Shown here piece after piece: positions 38,692 through 40,377 of a DNA stretch of 40,377 nt. The stretch comes from Promethearchaeota archaeon Loki_b31. GTDB taxonomy: Archaea; Asgardarchaeota; Lokiarchaeia; Sigyniarchaeales; SOKP01. The position numbers and the translations under genes were made by a program. Position 1 is the first letter of the stretch. Every line of letters starts with the position of its first letter. The stretch lies in contig NJBI01000033.1 in assembly GCA_005222975.1 (NCBI GenBank), forward strand, positions 1-40,377. Direction: 5' to 3'. The notes below the pieces were generated by a model. It did no database searches. It was not told where the DNA came from and was given only the letters and a program-made list of their open reading frames with translations.

Positions 38692-40164
38692 TTAACCTTT
38701 TACAACCCCTATTGGAACTAACCTTACAATTTTTTCTATGATTCCAAGATCGTGACTTACTTGTACTACTTGATCTATATCTTTGTATGCCCCTGGAGCT
38801 TCCTCAGCAATTATTTTAGGTGAAGCAGCTTTTACAATTATCCCTCTATTTTTTAAATCTTCTTTAACTTTAGAACCCCAATATAATTTTTTAGCTTTAG
38901 ATCTTGACATTACTCTACCAGATCCATGAGCGGTGGATCCAAAAGAAAGATCCATCGCTTTTGGCCTTCCAGCGCATAAGTAGGAAGATGATCCCATAGT
39001 ACCTGGAATCAAAGCGGGTTGACCAATGTTTTTATAATCTTGCGGTAGATCTCGGTGTCCTGGTGGAAAAGCTCTGGTTGCTCCTTTCCTATGAACATTT
39101 AATTTCATTTTTTTACCATTAACTTCGTGTTCCTCTATTTTTAAAATATTATGACATACACCATAGATTAATTTAAAGTCTAGCTCGTCTAAACTCTTTC
39201 TAAAATAATCTTGAAAAGATTGTCTTAACCAATGGGTAATTAATTGACGGTTGTTGAACCCAAAATTTGCAGCACACGCCATGCTACTTAAATAATTTTG
39301 TGCTTCGGGAGTATCAGCTGGTACACAAGCTAATTCGCGATCAGGAACTTTGATATCGTATTTTTTCATTGCCTGTTCGACATTTCGTAAAGAATCGGTG
39401 CATACTTGATGACCAAGAGCTCGCGACCCTGTATGAACCATAACTGTTATTTGATCCTTATCAAAAATTCCTAATTTTTTTGCGATGGAATCGTTGTAGA
39501 TTTTATCAACCTTCTGGATTTCTATAAAATGATTGCCACTTCCTAAAGAACCAAGTTGCTTTAACCCCCTCTGCTTAGCTTTCTGGGAAACCACTTTTGA
39601 ATTAGCATCCTTTAAAAAACCGTTTTCTTCACAGTGCACTATATCCTCTTCGATCGCATAACCATTATCTAAAGCCCAATTCACACCATTATCTAATACA
39701 TTATCTAAATCTGAATAACTTATATTTAATTTACCTTTACTTCCTAAACCTGATGGTATATTCTTAAAAATAACGTTTAATAAACTGGGAATTGAGCTAT
39801 TGATGTCTTTAAGGTGAAGGTTTGTCCGAAGGAGGCGAACCCCACAGTTTATATCGTATCCTACACCCCCTGGCGAAATCATACCCGATTCGGCGTCAGT
39901 TCCAGCAACGCCCCCTATACAAAATCCATACCCTTGATGAGCATCGGAGAGTGCAATTGCATGCTTCTGTATTCCTGGAAGACAAGCAACGTTGCTAATC
40001 TGATCAAGCGTTCTGTCGTTCTTGATCTTTTCCAATATGTACTCATTCGCATAAATATGTACCGGCACTTTCATTTGAAACTTCGCGATTTTGCCTTCTA
40101 CACGCGCCATTAAAGTTTTTGGCGGTATTTCGTAAATGTTCTCATCAATCTTAATCACATTCAT
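38692..40164 (-). CDS. rtcB: RNA-splicing ligase RtcB
   Basis: DAHQGYGF.IGGV, GVGYDINCGVRL, GSGNHF.E.Q, VHTGSR, HRKGATR, PGTMG and HGSGR motifs, C-terminal KG. Likely start is MNVIKID (40164); an in-frame TTG exists at 40272. Confidence 0.97.
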   Translation of the reverse strand: MNVIKIDENIYEIPPKTLMARVEGKIAKFQMKVPVHIYANEYILEKIKNDRTLDQISNVACLPGIQKHAIALSDAHQGYGFCIGGVAGTDAESGMISPGGVGYDINCGVRLLRTNLHLKDINSSIPSLLNVIFKNIPSGLGSKGKLNISYSDLDNVLDNGVNWALDNGYAIEEDIVHCEENGFLKDANSKVVSQKAKQRGLKQLGSLGSGNHFIEIQKVDKIYNDSIAKKLGIFDKDQITVMVHTGSRALGHQVCTDSLRNVEQAMKKYDIKVPDRELACVPADTPEAQNYLSSMACAANFGFNNRQLITHWLRQSFQDYFRKSLDELDFKLIYGVCHNILKIEEHEVNGKKMKLNVHRKGATRAFPPGHRDLPQDYKNIGQPALIPGTMGSSSYLCAGRPKAMDLSFGSTAHGSGRVMSRSKAKKLYWGSKVKEDLKNRGIIVKAASPKIIAEEAPGAYKDIDQVVQVSHDLGIIEKIVRLVPIGVVKG

Positions 40165-40302
40165 ACTAACTAAATAAGTGAAATTATTTTCATAAATTTT
40201 ATGTTTACGACTTTTAAAAACAAGATATAATTTAAAAAATCTTATCGAAGATTTTTTTTTATGAGGTCGCAAAATAATCTCACCTCCGACTAAATTGCCG
40301 CC

Positions 40303-40377
40303 TCACTTTTTTTTCTTATTCTGTTGATAGTATTTAAACACATCCACATCAAACCGTTCATAACGCTTACTTCTCGC
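40303..40377 (-). CDS. 3' end of an ORF entering from outside the window (possibly a transposase)
   Basis: Reads ARSKRYERFDVDVFKYYQQNKKKK* and lies in a more GC-rich stretch that ends abruptly at about 40261. Confidence 0.35.
   Translation of the reverse strand, partial: ARSKRYERFDVDVFKYYQQNKKKK

Noticed and set aside
9665-39814. Remaining short ORFs overlapping mfnA, nrdD, pan, mbf1, rpoB, cbf5, the GTPase, DP2, DP1, SWIM, cdc6, carS and rtcB
   Set aside because: They overlap confidently identified genes on the opposite strand or another frame and lack independent features.
11215-40164. Inteins in nrdD, rpoB, DP2, cdc6 or rtcB
   Set aside because: All have normal lengths and continuous motifs, with no C/S...HN splice junctions or LAGLIDADG inserts.

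Overview
AT-rich archaeal chromosomal window, most likely from an Asgard archaeon of the Lokiarchaeia. The basis is three eukaryote-like small GTPases with roadblock or Zn-ribbon fusions together with PolD, an unsplit Rpo2, CarS and BHB tRNA introns. The left ~9.5 kb is accessory/signalling-like: a partial HdrC-like Fe-S gene, two tandem stand-alone 7-TM paralogues with GPCR-like topology, an intact IS1634-family element with 14-bp TIRs, an Arf/Rag-like GTPase, panB, a Rab-like GTPase with a long Pro/Glu linker and C-terminal Zn ribbon, and a convergent double Zn-ribbon protein. The rest is core machinery: mfnA, MazG-like, nrdD, nac, pan, aMBF1, tfe, rpoH-rpoB (not followed by rpoA), cbf5, thiL, three tRNAs (Lys with a T-loop intron, Thr with a canonical intron, Leu with C33), a roadblock-Rab fusion, PolD DP2/DP1, a SWIM protein, cdc6 with an ORB-like motif, carS, a NusA-like gene, archease and rtcB. 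The best candidate for an undescribed system is the effector-less 7-TM pair, which would sit about 120 bp upstream of the co-oriented Arf/Rag-like GTPase if the IS is removed (a possible proto-GPCR/G-protein module). All assignments are by motif recognition; no searches were run.
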